Shown: piece after piece, positions 26,556 through 37,700 of the stretch | How positions within the stretch are numbered: position 1 is the first letter of the stretch | How the letters are laid out: every line of letters begins with the position of its first letter | Source: a virus | Virus record (IMG/VR): IMGVR_UViG_3300025536_000010 | Location: 79,657 to 143,656 of that record | Reading direction: 5' to 3' (one strand) | DNA: 64,000 nt | Notes under the pieces: generated by a model | The model's input: the letters and a program-made list of their open reading frames with translations, nothing else | Told to the model about the DNA's origin: nothing | Databases searched by the model: none | Position numbers and translations under genes: made by a program

Positions 26556-29411
26556 ATGGCTACTTACGTTCTGCCGCAAGTTCTGGTGTTCCAGGACTTC
26601 CGCATTGTCCCTTCCGCTGTTGCCAACCCCCTGCGGGCGCACATCTCCGGCGGCCACGCGAAGCTGATTCGCTATGCCGATGAAGACGAGCGCGAAGACG
26701 GGCGGCTTGGCGTCTACGACCGCTTGCTGGCAACCAGCTACCTCTGGCCCGAACGGCCGGCGGGCGGCAAAGCCAACTTCGAGTACGTCAAGCTCTGGAT
26801 GAAGGACGCGCTGCTCCTGTACTTCCAGGACACCATCGGTGCCGGTTCCACCATCACCAAGCTGACCGGCTACAACAACCGCGTGAAGTCGGCCTCCGTG
26901 AGCTTCGCCGAGAACGCGGACGATCCCGATACCTACCCGCGCAACGCCGCCTTGCTGGACCGCGACGTCAAGGCCGGCGATGTAGTCAAGGTCCGCGGCA
27001 TCACCGACGACGACGAGTCGGTAACCCTCTGGACCTACGTCAAGAGCGTCATCGGCGAGGAAGTCGCCTCGACCATCGCGTCGGCGACCAGCGACGCCAG
27101 CAACGCCGACACGCAGTCGGCGGACAGCAGCGTCACGCAGATCGCCGGTGTCGAAAACTGCGTCACGTTGACCCCGGATCATTCGGCCTACGACGGCCTG
27201 GAGTCCGGCGACATCAACGAAACCTATGACATCATCGTCATCCAGGGCTCGGTGAACGGCGACTTCACCACGGCCAAGCTGCGCATCCTGTCCGGCTCTG
27301 GCGACGACGACGTCGCCGAAGTCACCCCGGAGGCAGCCGGCGACCCCACCGACATCGGCACCCGCGGCCTCACCGTGACCTTCGACAAGGACGCCGGCCC
27401 GGCTTGCTCCGACTCTGCGGAAGCCGAAGAAGTCACGGCGGACGACCTGCACGTCGGGCAGCGTTGGCAGGTGAGCGTTTCGCAGTCGTTCACGGCCCCC
27501 ACGCCGACCAGCGGCGGCGATTACGAGGGTGACAACGACACGACCTACATCGTCACGGTGTCGCGCGGCGGACTGTACGCGGCCGACGTGCCGCCGCAGA
27601 TCAAGGTGACCACGACCAACGGCGTCGACATGAGCGGCCCGACCAGCATCACGGCTGCGTCGACCGAGTTCGAGATCGGCACCAACGCCGTGACCATCGA
27701 GTTCACCGGCACCGGCCTGCGCACGGGCGACCGTTACTACGTCGACGTGACCGGCATCAAGGAAGGGCCGATGCGGATCATCGAGTTGGGGCACAACCTC
27801 AACACCGACATTCCGGCCGGCAGCGAAGTCGACCTGACGCTGTTCATCCGCAAGCCGCTCCTCCAGATCGAGCAGAACCGCCAGGGTTTTGCCCCGCTGA
27901 CCAACTGGGACGTCAGCGAGACGGAGATCACCGTCAACGAAGGCATCATCGCTTACGACGAGACGTGGACCGACTCGGGCGTGCAGCAGGCGCTGGACGT
28001 CTACTCGGAGTCGTCCAAGAGCTACGGCGTCCTCTTCGTCGAGGTGCGCTACTGGCTCCAGGATCTCTGTCACGAGGTCGGCACGCTCCAGGACGTGGGC
28101 CTCATCAACGACCAGATCTCCGGTGCCCTGCACCCGGACAACCCTTTGAAGTGGGGTGTGTTCAAGGCGCTGGAGAACAGCAACGGCGCGGAGGTGAAGT
28201 ACACCTCTGTCTGCGACCCCGACGATGACGAGTCGTGGGCGGACGTGCTGGAACTGCTGCTCGGGCGTGACGACGTCTACGGCCTCGTGCCGCTGACCCG
28301 CCGCCGCGTGCCGCTCGACCTGTACGCCGCGCACGTCAAGGCGATGTCCAGCCCCGAGCAGGGCCTGTGGCGCGTCCTGTGGGTCAACCAGGAAGGCATC
28401 CCGGAGATCCCGGTGGTGTCGGCCGGTTCGACCGTCCAGGGACACGTCGAGGCCACCACCTCGGACGGCGAACACGCCCTGGGTGTCGTCAGCGATGATG
28501 CGTTGACCTCGGGCAGCCAGTACACCATTCTGCGCTGCACCAGCGGCAACGCGGACTTCATCGCCAACGGCGTGCAGGCCGGCGACGTCGTGCGGATGCT
28601 CTACACCGGCGACGGCTTCGGCAACGAAGAGTACAGCGAATACCTGGTGGACGAGGTGCAGGCCGAAGACCAGCTGCGGTTGCTAACCGGCCCCGACGCG
28701 CCGATCAGCGTGGCTGCCAAGTTCGAGGTTTGGCGGAACTTGACGGCGACCGAAGAGGCCGACGAGATCGCACGCAACTCCGGGGCCTGGGGCGACCGGC
28801 GCATCCGGTCCACCTGGCCCGACCGGATCGAGTCGGCCGGCACGGTGATGGAAGGCTACTTCCTCAACGCCGCGCTCGCCGGGCTGCGTTCCGGCGTGCT
28901 GCCACACCAAGGTATGACGCACCTGGAGATCGTCGGCTTCACGGACGTTCCGCGGTCGACCAGCAAGTTCAACCGGGCGCAGCTGGACACCCTGGCCCTG
29001 GGCGGCACCTGGGTCGTCACGCAGGATCTGCGCGGGCTGGAAACGGACCTCGGCCAGATCTTCTCCCGGCACGCGCTGACGACGGGCGGCTACAGCGACA
29101 TCAACCAGCGGGAAGAAATGCTGACGGCAAACGTCGACAGCATCAGCTACCGCTTCAAAGACCACTTCAAGCCCTTCATCGGCGTGACGAACGTCACGCC
29201 GGTCATCCAGAAGCGGTTGCAAGTGGAAGTGGAAAACCTGGTCGAGGTGCTCAAGACGGAAGCGGAAACGCAAAACTTGGGCGGCCAGCTGATCTCGGGC
29301 ACCATCGTCGAGCTTCGTCCGCACCTGACGCTGCTCGACCGCTACGTTCTCAAAATGAACATCGTGGTGCCCTATCCGTTCAACAACTTCGAGATCCACC
29401 TGATGATCTAA
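26556..29411 (+). CDS. Contractile tail sheath protein
   Basis: N-terminal MATYVLPQVLV and C-terminal VPYPFNNFEI are typical of sheaths; about 950 aa; followed by the tube gene. Confidence 0.85.
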   Translation: MATYVLPQVLVFQDFRIVPSAVANPLRAHISGGHAKLIRYADEDEREDGRLGVYDRLLATSYLWPERPAGGKANFEYVKLWMKDALLLYFQDTIGAGSTITKLTGYNNRVKSASVSFAENADDPDTYPRNAALLDRDVKAGDVVKVRGITDDDESVTLWTYVKSVIGEEVASTIASATSDASNADTQSADSSVTQIAGVENCVTLTPDHSAYDGLESGDINETYDIIVIQGSVNGDFTTAKLRILSGSGDDDVAEVTPEAAGDPTDIGTRGLTVTFDKDAGPACSDSAEAEEVTADDLHVGQRWQVSVSQSFTAPTPTSGGDYEGDNDTTYIVTVSRGGLYAADVPPQIKVTTTNGVDMSGPTSITAASTEFEIGTNAVTIEFTGTGLRTGDRYYVDVTGIKEGPMRIIELGHNLNTDIPAGSEVDLTLFIRKPLLQIEQNRQGFAPLTNWDVSETEITVNEGIIAYDETWTDSGVQQALDVYSESSKSYGVLFVEVRYWLQDLCHEVGTLQDVGLINDQISGALHPDNPLKWGVFKALENSNGAEVKYTSVCDPDDDESWADVLELLLGRDDVYGLVPLTRRRVPLDLYAAHVKAMSSPEQGLWRVLWVNQEGIPEIPVVSAGSTVQGHVEATTSDGEHALGVVSDDALTSGSQYTILRCTSGNADFIANGVQAGDVVRMLYTGDGFGNEEYSEYLVDEVQAEDQLRLLTGPDAPISVAAKFEVWRNLTATEEADEIARNSGAWGDRRIRSTWPDRIESAGTVMEGYFLNAALAGLRSGVLPHQGMTHLEIVGFTDVPRSTSKFNRAQLDTLALGGTWVVTQDLRGLETDLGQIFSRHALTTGGYSDINQREEMLTANVDSISYRFKDHFKPFIGVTNVTPVIQKRLQVEVENLVEVLKTEAETQNLGGQLISGTIVELRPHLTLLDRYVLKMNIVVPYPFNNFEIHLMI

Positions 29412-29530
29412 GCATCAGGTAGCGAAGCACCAGCCCCGGGGCCTGGACGGCCCCGGGGTGTCTCAATCCTAACAAGGAAGCCGCTGCGGGCCTGGTAAAC
29501 CGCGGCTAAACCGCACGGAGGTTTCTCGAA

Positions 29531-29989
29531 ATGGCAGACGTGTATACGAAAGCCGAAGTCGATTTCGGCGGGGCCATGACGGCCGAAAAGGGCATCGTCG
29601 TGCAGTTCGGTGTGCTGCTCCAGAACATCCAGCTGCAATACAGTCAGAACGTGACCCGGCTCTACGAGTTGGGCAAGGCCGGCGGGAAGACGAAGGTCTA
29701 CTACGTCTCCGGCCGGTCGCAGGGACAGGCCACGCTCGCGCACGTCATCGGGCCGGGCGATCAGGTCAAGCAGTTCTACGAAAAGTACGGTGACGTTTGT
29801 CAAGCCGACGTCAACTCGCTCGATCTGGACGTCGAGCCGAACACCTGCGCCGCGAAGGGCGGCCCTTCCATCAAGTCGTGGAAGTGCAAGTATTGCGTCC
29901 TCATCAACGTCGGCATGTCCGTGGCCGCGCAGGACTTCGTCATCAACACGCAGGGTACGGTCATGTTCTCCGGCCTGGAAGTCAACTAA
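29531..29989 (+). CDS. Tail tube protein
   Basis: 152 aa; QNIQLQYSQNVTRLYELG; directly after the sheath gene. Confidence 0.75.
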   Translation: MADVYTKAEVDFGGAMTAEKGIVVQFGVLLQNIQLQYSQNVTRLYELGKAGGKTKVYYVSGRSQGQATLAHVIGPGDQVKQFYEKYGDVCQADVNSLDLDVEPNTCAAKGGPSIKSWKCKYCVLINVGMSVAAQDFVINTQGTVMFSGLEVN

Positions 29990-30034
29990 CCAGGCACGCC
30001 GCGCAGTCATAGGCTAAAAGCCAGATTTTGGATC

Positions 30035-30061
30035 GGGGCCGGGGGTGACCCCGGCCCCTTT
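30035..30061 (+). terminator. Rho-independent terminator
   Basis: GGGGCCGGGG-gtga-CCCCGGCCCC-TTT. Confidence 0.65.
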
Positions 30062-30103
30062 CCCAGGGCCAGCGAGCCCATAACCGTACCGAAAGGTGCT
30101 AAC

Positions 30104-32857
30104 ATGTCGTACGAGCACGAACACGAGGGGGCGAGGCCCCCTGGTGTCTCCGGGCAACCAGCCGACCGCCGCGTCCTCGAACTCGACGAGGCCCTCCGCG
30201 GCGTCGAAGCCGGGCTGGCGGGTATCGGCGGCGCTGCGGCGATGGCTGATCCCACCCGCGCCGTCCACTCCCGCATGCAAAGCCTCGGCTACCCGGGCCA
30301 CTGGACCCGCGGCATGGTCGTGCAGTCGATCCCCTACCTCAACTGGTACAAGGTGCAGTGCGGCGACGGCTACGGCTGGGTGTCCTGCTGCAAAGCCGAC
30401 ACCAGTTCGCAGAGCCCGCTGGGCGTCCGCACCACCAGCCCGTTGCCACCGGGCAGCCTGGTCCTGGTGTTCATCCCCAAGGGCCTGGGCGTCGGTTTCA
30501 TCGCTGGCTCCATCCCGCCGGTCATCTACAAGGGCCAGATCCTCTGCCCCGACTGGATCGTCCAGGGCGGCATGTCGGGGATGAAACACGAAGAGATCCA
30601 TAAGTTCCCCGTCAAGAGTCTCTACAAGATGGGCGGCGTGCTGGACTTCTCCCAGCACAAGCCGATGGACGCCACGGCGTTCGAGCACGGCTGGATCACG
30701 CCAACCGGCGTGGCCGTTACCGTCGACGATTTCTATGCGCAGTTCCGCGTCCACGAGATGTGCGGCCTGTTTCTGTCGTGGTTCGACTCCTGGTGTCGCC
30801 TGGCCGGCATTAACCTACGGATCGAGTCGTCCGTTCACGAGGAGGAAGGCTACGACGACGAGATGGAGGCCCGCCATTTCAAGGGGGTGGCCCTCTACCC
30901 CTGGGAGGCCCTGGGCCTCTACAAGGAAGGTACGGACTTCACCAAGGAGAACGACGACAAAGAGGTCCAGTACGACAAGCCGGTGGGCAAGGTCGACCTG
31001 CCGCCTGGTGAAGAAGACCTCCAGCCCTGTTACCGCTGGCAGGAGTTCGGCGGCTACCTGGGCCAGGGGCACACCCGCATCCTCATGAAGCCTGGCCGCG
31101 ACAGCGGCAAGCGGAAGTACCAGGACAGCGGCAACCCGCCCGACGAGGGCCTGTTCCGCGAACACGTCGCCGCAGATGGCAGCTATTCGGCGATCTCAGC
31201 CAAGCGCTTCATCATCGGCAAGCGCGGCAAGCAAGTCGTGCCCTTCCAGGTCAAGCTACCCGAAGACCAGAACGGCGACGACGCCGAGAAGGGCAACTAC
31301 AAGTTCTCTGGCAAAGAGGGCGGCGGCGAGGAACACAAGATCAAGGACATCCAGGTCACTGGCGAGTGGAAGCACATGCGGAAGGCCGCGGCGGTCTACG
31401 ACGTCATGGCCTACGTCGTCAACTGGCAAGCGCTGCACCCGTTCCATTATCACAAGCTCGACTATGTCACCAAGCAGGAACGCGACCTGACCAGGACGTC
31501 ACGCATCCAGGAAAACATCAGCTTCGGCGAACTGGCCAGCCAGCCGTTCATCCGCGACGCGCAGCCGAAGAAGATCAAGATCGACGACCGCTACGGCGAC
31601 GTCGACTATTTCGAGCGCGAGAGCTTCCTGTGCTTTCACGACGACGGCACGGTCCAGCTAGCAGCCGGCTGCGGTGAGCAAATCCTCCTGGGCGGCGGCG
31701 ATGTCGAGATCAGCGCGCCGGGTAAAGTCAAACTGCTGCCCGGCACAGAACTGATCGCCTTTGCCAGCCAGATGTGTTTTCGCTCGAAAGGCTCCATCGA
31801 CTTCTCCAGCAGCAACGGCGACTTCCGGGCCAAGGCCGACAAAAACATGCAGTTCCTGTCAGGCAACGGCGGGCGCGGCGGCATGCTGTTCCACTCCAAA
31901 GGCGCGGGGGACCAGCAACAGTACCAACAGCGCTACGGCGAAGACGTGCAGTCCGCCGGCATCGTACTCAAGTCCGAGCAAGGCGTGTGTGCCATTGAAG
32001 GTAAGAACATCTACCTGCGGACGGGTGGAGCCGACCTGGGCACGGGCGACATTATCATCGACGCCAACAAAGGCCGCAACAAATGCTACATCTACGCCAG
32101 CCCGTTCAACGTGTTCACCAACCAGGCGGTGGAGTTCTTCTTCGGGCCGCAAGACGAGACGAGTAACGTCCGCAAGCTGTATCATTTCGGCGAACAGAAC
32201 TGCATCATGGACGAAGTCAAACTGCTGGTCGGCGGCAAAATCATCAGCTACAAGGATGGCGGCGTCATCATTGAAGGTGGCTGCTACGGCACCAAGGCGT
32301 TCGCTACGGCGGGCGTCATGGCAGACAAGAAGGGCATGTTCCTCGGCAAAGTGCCTGGTGGTTTCGGGGCGTCGATCTCGACTATCTGCGCGGCTATTGC
32401 CGGCATTGTGCCACTGCTGCGCTTCTCTGGCACCATTAAGCACCAGACGACCTTCCCTCAGAAGTGGTATTTGCCGATGATGCCAGGGAACACGCAAACC
32501 ATCGAACAGATGGAGTTCTCGTTCCGCGACCCGCCCGGTCAGAACGGTAAGCAGTACGGCACGCAGCAGTTGAAGTGGCCCGAGACGCGCTGGCAGACGA
32601 TGGCGCGCCTGGGCATGGGCTCTGGCGGTTCGCCCTGGAGCGAAACACCCGTAGTGACCCAGGGCACCCCGACCTATCCGTACCCGGGCAAGAATAAATG
32701 GCTGGAGGACTCACAGGTCTTCCTGCAACTCAGCAGCCTCAGAATGTTTGACGCGGGCCAAGGCATCGACCAGGATCGGCCAGGCCCGTACGAAGACCCA
32801 AGGATCGGCGACTGGACGAACGTCCCGATGGCGTCCGGTTACAAACTCATCCGCTAG
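30104..32857 (+). CDS. Putative baseplate spike/hub protein (gp5/VgrG-like)
   Basis: N-terminal OB-fold-like segment (PGSLVLV...GFIAG) and a beta-helix-like region (GDVEISAPGKVKL). Confidence 0.55.
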   Translation: MSYEHEHEGARPPGVSGQPADRRVLELDEALRGVEAGLAGIGGAAAMADPTRAVHSRMQSLGYPGHWTRGMVVQSIPYLNWYKVQCGDGYGWVSCCKADTSSQSPLGVRTTSPLPPGSLVLVFIPKGLGVGFIAGSIPPVIYKGQILCPDWIVQGGMSGMKHEEIHKFPVKSLYKMGGVLDFSQHKPMDATAFEHGWITPTGVAVTVDDFYAQFRVHEMCGLFLSWFDSWCRLAGINLRIESSVHEEEGYDDEMEARHFKGVALYPWEALGLYKEGTDFTKENDDKEVQYDKPVGKVDLPPGEEDLQPCYRWQEFGGYLGQGHTRILMKPGRDSGKRKYQDSGNPPDEGLFREHVAADGSYSAISAKRFIIGKRGKQVVPFQVKLPEDQNGDDAEKGNYKFSGKEGGGEEHKIKDIQVTGEWKHMRKAAAVYDVMAYVVNWQALHPFHYHKLDYVTKQERDLTRTSRIQENISFGELASQPFIRDAQPKKIKIDDRYGDVDYFERESFLCFHDDGTVQLAAGCGEQILLGGGDVEISAPGKVKLLPGTELIAFASQMCFRSKGSIDFSSSNGDFRAKADKNMQFLSGNGGRGGMLFHSKGAGDQQQYQQRYGEDVQSAGIVLKSEQGVCAIEGKNIYLRTGGADLGTGDIIIDANKGRNKCYIYASPFNVFTNQAVEFFFGPQDETSNVRKLYHFGEQNCIMDEVKLLVGGKIISYKDGGVIIEGGCYGTKAFATAGVMADKKGMFLGKVPGGFGASISTICAAIAGIVPLLRFSGTIKHQTTFPQKWYLPMMPGNTQTIEQMEFSFRDPPGQNGKQYGTQQLKWPETRWQTMARLGMGSGGSPWSETPVVTQGTPTYPYPGKNKWLEDSQVFLQLSSLRMFDAGQGIDQDRPGPYEDPRIGDWTNVPMASGYKLIR

Positions 32858-32869
32858 AAGGAGCTAGAC

Positions 32870-34243
32870 GTGGCAAAGGACATCGACCTGGCCTCTTTGA
32901 GAAAGCAGCAGGCCAAAGAGAAGCAAGAAACCCTTCTGGCTCGCGCGACGGGCAAGAAGCTCATTCAGCCGCCGCCGCCGGCAAAACCGATGGCCGCAGG
33001 TACGACTGGCAGGCCGCCGTTGCCGGAAGGCAAAGTCGTCGGCGCGATTGCCCCGTCGAGTCTGACGGCAAACGAGCGGCAAGCCCTGGAGAACGTAGGC
33101 TGGACCGAGGACATCCCGATCCCGGAAAACATGGCGGAACTATTCGAGGGGTTGAAGGCGCAGAAAGCGAGCGAGGCCGACCAGGTTACGCTGCCCATCG
33201 ACCCGCGCACGCCGCCGCTCAAGATACCCGAGCCCGTGCCGCTCGCCAAACTGTCGCGCAAAGAAGCCGAGGACGCCGGCATTTTCGATGCCATGAAGTC
33301 GGCCGTGCAGACGTTCCAGGAGCGCAAGGAAGCCGAAAACGAAGAGAAGCTAAATGCGATGCGCTTCATGAAGGTAGCCGGGCTCCGCGAGGGCCAAGCC
33401 GCTGTCAAACAGGCTCAGGCTTACCGCGAACAGAAAGCAGCCGAGCAACTGCAAGACCCAGAGATCGTTGACGACCGCCCAGCCCCCAGCGCCAGGCCGC
33501 GGCCGGCGATTCAACCCAAGCGGCCGGGGCCAACCGCCCCACTGCCACCGGCGCGCGAGGCCCCGATTATCCGGGAGGAGGAGCCCGAACCAGAGACGGC
33601 GCCCGAACCGCAGGCGGCCCCGGCTGCGGCGCCCTCGGACACCGGCGCGGACTTGCATCTGTCGCACTGCCCACATTGCGACTGGCCGCTGCACATGCCG
33701 GGGATCGAGGAACCACCCTACGCCGACAAGATGTCCTTCCTGCACACGCTGCTCGGCCGGCAGTGCTGGGTCAAAGAAGTGCCGCTGCTCGGCGGCAACA
33801 TTACGGTCACGTTCCGCACGATCACCGTGCGCGAACTCGACGTCATCTACGCTCAGGCGTATCGGGACCGTCAGAAGAACCCGGACCTGGAAGAAGTCGA
33901 CTTCTGGGAGAAAGTCAACCGTTACCGACTGTTCCTCCAGATCGTGCAGTTCCGCAGCGACGGCCCCAACGGCTTCCTCCAGGACATGCCGGACGGGCTA
34001 TCCAAAGCCAGCAACGAGGAGGCGTCAGCCTGGTGGTGGAAAGATGAAGACGATGCCTTACTGACGGACGGCGAGACGCCGCTGCCCGACGTCGAGCGCT
34101 GGATCATCGGCAACATCCTCAAGACCGAAGCAATCTTCCGTATCGTCAACAACGCCTGCAACAACTTCAACCGCATGGTTGCTAAACTGGAGGCAATGGC
34201 GGATAACTCGGATTTTTGGAAACCGACCGAGGGGCAGTCCTAA
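32870..34243 (+). CDS. Putative tail assembly chaperone (G-like)
   Basis: VTFRTIT motif; ends ...DNSDFW; upstream of the tape measure gene. Confidence 0.6.
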   Translation: MAKDIDLASLRKQQAKEKQETLLARATGKKLIQPPPPAKPMAAGTTGRPPLPEGKVVGAIAPSSLTANERQALENVGWTEDIPIPENMAELFEGLKAQKASEADQVTLPIDPRTPPLKIPEPVPLAKLSRKEAEDAGIFDAMKSAVQTFQERKEAENEEKLNAMRFMKVAGLREGQAAVKQAQAYREQKAAEQLQDPEIVDDRPAPSARPRPAIQPKRPGPTAPLPPAREAPIIREEEPEPETAPEPQAAPAAAPSDTGADLHLSHCPHCDWPLHMPGIEEPPYADKMSFLHTLLGRQCWVKEVPLLGGNITVTFRTITVRELDVIYAQAYRDRQKNPDLEEVDFWEKVNRYRLFLQIVQFRSDGPNGFLQDMPDGLSKASNEEASAWWWKDEDDALLTDGETPLPDVERWIIGNILKTEAIFRIVNNACNNFNRMVAKLEAMADNSDFWKPTEGQS

Positions 34244-34749
34244 CGGTACGGGCTTGCGCACGCGGCGTTGTCGATTTCGCGCGGGCGCGGGTCCGAGACG
34301 TTAGCTGGTGGCGGCGGTCGAACGCCTTGATCCGGGCGATGGCTCGGGACGACGAGCTTCGAGGACTGCGGGCGGCGTTCGACTTCCAATGCGCCTTGGT
34401 CGGCAACGGGAACCTCAAGGAAGAAAGTTTCACAGACGCGCAACGGCGAGCCAAGGAAGTCTTCAACGACATCCTCAACACGCTGAACCCCTGGGCGGCG
34501 AAATCGCTCGAACAGGTGCGCGAGGACGAACTCAACGCGCTCATTCGCCTGTATCACGACACCATTGGCGACCCGGACGACCCCGAGCTACGAGCGAAGT
34601 GGGAAGCCAATCGTCTCGCTTGTGAAGCCGAACGACGCGAGGCGCGCAAGCAGAAGGAGACGGAAGAAGAGAGAATCGACCGCCTGCTGCGTCAGCGGGA
34701 AGCGGAGCGGGTGCGGGTCAACGAACTGATCCGCGACAACAGCCGGTAG
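34216..34749 (+). CDS. Tail assembly chaperone T-like ORF, probably reached by -1 frameshift
   Basis: In the -1 frame, no RBS or ATG at its 5' end, overlaps the upstream ORF at GAT TTT TGG. Confidence 0.55.
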   Translation: METDRGAVLTVRACARGVVDFARARVRDVSWWRRSNALIRAMARDDELRGLRAAFDFQCALVGNGNLKEESFTDAQRRAKEVFNDILNTLNPWAAKSLEQVREDELNALIRLYHDTIGDPDDPELRAKWEANRLACEAERREARKQKETEEERIDRLLRQREAERVRVNELIRDNSR

Positions 34750-34758
34750 GAGGCAGGG

Positions 34759-37700
34759 ATGCCGCAATCGACCGCAATGCTGGCCAACATGGGGGCAGGC
34801 TACGTCCCGCTCGCCCAGGGCTCCGAGCACAGCCGCCGCATGCCGTTCGAGGGGCTCCCCCTTATCGGCGGCCAGGGCGGCCTGTTCGGTCAGGTAGCGA
34901 GCATGGCTGCGGCCCCGCCGCTCATGCACATGATGGGCGGCGTCGGTATGGTGCCAATGGGTGTCGGGCACGACCAAAACGTCTACGACCGCCTGATGAA
35001 CCAGCGCTACACGGCCATGCAGATGCAGGCCATGCAGAAGGCTGCCGAGTCTGACCGCGAGGGCTTCTACAAGAGCTTCCGCGGCCTGGCTGCGGTCACC
35101 GGCACGCCCTTCGGCGCCCAGCAGCGCGCGGCGGCGAACCAGCTGGCCCACCTGGGCACGATGGCCGCGCCCATGATGGCCGAGATGATGCCAGACTTCC
35201 TCGATCAGATGGGCGGCCTGCGCGGCTCGGCCACGGTCATGTCCAAGCGCATGATGGACGCCGGGCGTTACCGGCTCGACCCGGTCACAGGCCGCATGGG
35301 GATGTCCGGCGAGTCAGTCGGCAGGCAGGCGCAGCAACTCTTTGGCGATCTCTACTCGCCCGACCAGGCGCACCGCATGCAAGGCGTCTCGGCAGGTCAA
35401 GCCGGGGCCTTGTTCCACGAACTCCAGATGCGCGGCATGGTCGGCACAGCGGCCTCCGAGAGCCGTTTTGCCGGTGTGCGCGGCGACGACCCACGGGCAC
35501 AGACGCTCCGCGCCCTGGAACAGATGCGCGGCTTCGCTCCCAACGATCTCAAGAAAGCGGCCTCTGACGCTAAGGTCGACATCAGCAAGGGCCTGGGGAA
35601 CCTGAGCCCCGAAGACATCGACAAGCTGAACCTCAACCCGACCGTGGCAGACAAACTTCGCAGCTTCGACGGCGACCGCATCAAGCGCTCGCTGCGCAGT
35701 TACGTCGGCGCCGTCTCGGCCATGCGGGACATCTTCGGGGACATGGGCAGGCCCAACGCGCCCATGCAGGAACTGCTTGCCGGACTTGAGGCCCTCACGG
35801 GCGGTGCGATGGCGCAGATAGACCCGGCGCGCCTGGGGACGATGGCCAGGCAGACCTACAACCTGGCCAAGCAAACCGGCGTCTCCCTGGACAACGCCCT
35901 GATGGTGCAGCAGCACGCCCAATCCAAGGCACAGTCGATGGGCCTGGAACCGATCTTTGGCGTCCAGGCTGCTCAGGGTGCCCTGGGTTTTGGTGGGGCC
36001 TACCGCGCCCAAGGACACGCGGCGCACACGGCCTGGGGGGCGTTCAACGCGGACCAGGCCCAGCAGATGGATGCGAACTTGCGCGTCCAGGCGTCCGGCT
36101 CGCACCTGGCAAACCGCATGGGGGCGGCGATCCGCATGTCGGAAATGGCTGGCGGGTTCGCCGTCGACTCAGATGCGGCCAAATACGTCCAGGCCGTCAA
36201 GGGCGGCCTCAATCAGTGGAAAGATGCCAGCGGGCAGATGCGCAGCGTGGCCATCTCGGATGCCGAGTTCACCAGGATCTTCTCCTCGTCCAAAGGCCAG
36301 GACGGCCGTGCTACGGGCCTGTCGCAGGGCGATGCTTTCGCGGCCCTGGGCCAGCGGCACGAGAACCGCGAGCAGATCGAGCGGCACCGCCTGGGCGACA
36401 TTGCCCGGCGCGCCCAGGGCGACGAACTGAACAATTTCGTTGGTCACCGCATGCAGGAGACGATGTTCACCAGGCTGCGCGAGCACCTCGTCAACCAGGG
36501 CATGTCGGCCCAGGAAGCGTCGGTCGCCGCGCGCTCGGCGGCTTCGGCGGTCGGGCAGAGCGTGACACGGCGGGCAATGGGCATGTCCACGTCCGAGTTC
36601 GCCGACGCGGCCACACGCAACCGTAACATCGCCGAGATCATGGAGGAGGAACTGACCGGCCAGGGCATGGGGGACGTGCTGCAAAGTATGGACCCAGCAC
36701 AGCGGCAGCGCTTCCTGGCGCAGACTGCCGAGCGCTTCTACGGCTCGGCCAACCGAGCGATCCAGACAAGCTCTTTCCGAGCCTTCGGCAACCTCCAAAA
36801 CGTCCACCGCCTCAACAACACCGCGACGCTCGACGAGGCTGATCGGCAACAGATGCAGGCGCGCCACCGGGCCGAGATGCAGGAGGCGCTGGCGCCTCTG
36901 GGCCAGGGCACGATCCTGTCGCGGGCCGTTGATGCCCTCCAGCATGCACGCCCTGACGACCCGCAGGCCCTCCAGAAGGTGCTGGCGCAAGCAATGGGCG
37001 GTGTCCGCAACGAAGACATCAACCGCGCCCTGATCCCGCAGATGCGCAAAGTGCAAGAACAAAAAGAGCGGGTCGAGAAGCTCCAGGAGGACGTCGCCAA
37101 AGAGTCGGACAGCGAGCAGAAACAGAAGCTGATGGAGCAGCTGAACACAGCCCGCCGCGAGCTATCGGCGCAGGCAAAGGGCCTGGCGCAGCTGGGCGAG
37201 CAGCACGGCATGTACGCCACGGACAGCCTGGGGTCCGAAGATATGCGGCGGGTCGACCGCACCACCCGCGACGTCATGACAGCCCAGAACGACATCGTCG
37301 GGCTACGCGGCAACTTCGGCGGCCAGGTAGACGAGAAGGACATCGCGGCAGCCAGGGCCAAGTACGGCGGCAAGGCGGTCAGCGCCACCGAAGCAGCGGC
37401 GGTCATCCTGGCCCGCCGGCAGCAAGACGTCGACAAGGCCAAGAACTACGCGCTGTCGGAGGAGCGGCTTGCCGGGCTTGAAGCGCAGGGCGCCGCGGCC
37501 GACCCGGCAAGCCTGGCCGAAGCCAAGAAGCAGCGCGACGAACTCAAGAAGGCCCTGGGTGGCGAACTGGCCGGGCTGCTCACTGGCTTAATGGGCCAGG
37601 TAAAGGCGCAGGCCACCGGCATGAACGACATGCAGGCTCGCGCGGCAGCAGTGGGCCTGATGCAGGCTAACGTCGGCAACATCGGCGAGGCCGCTGTCAA

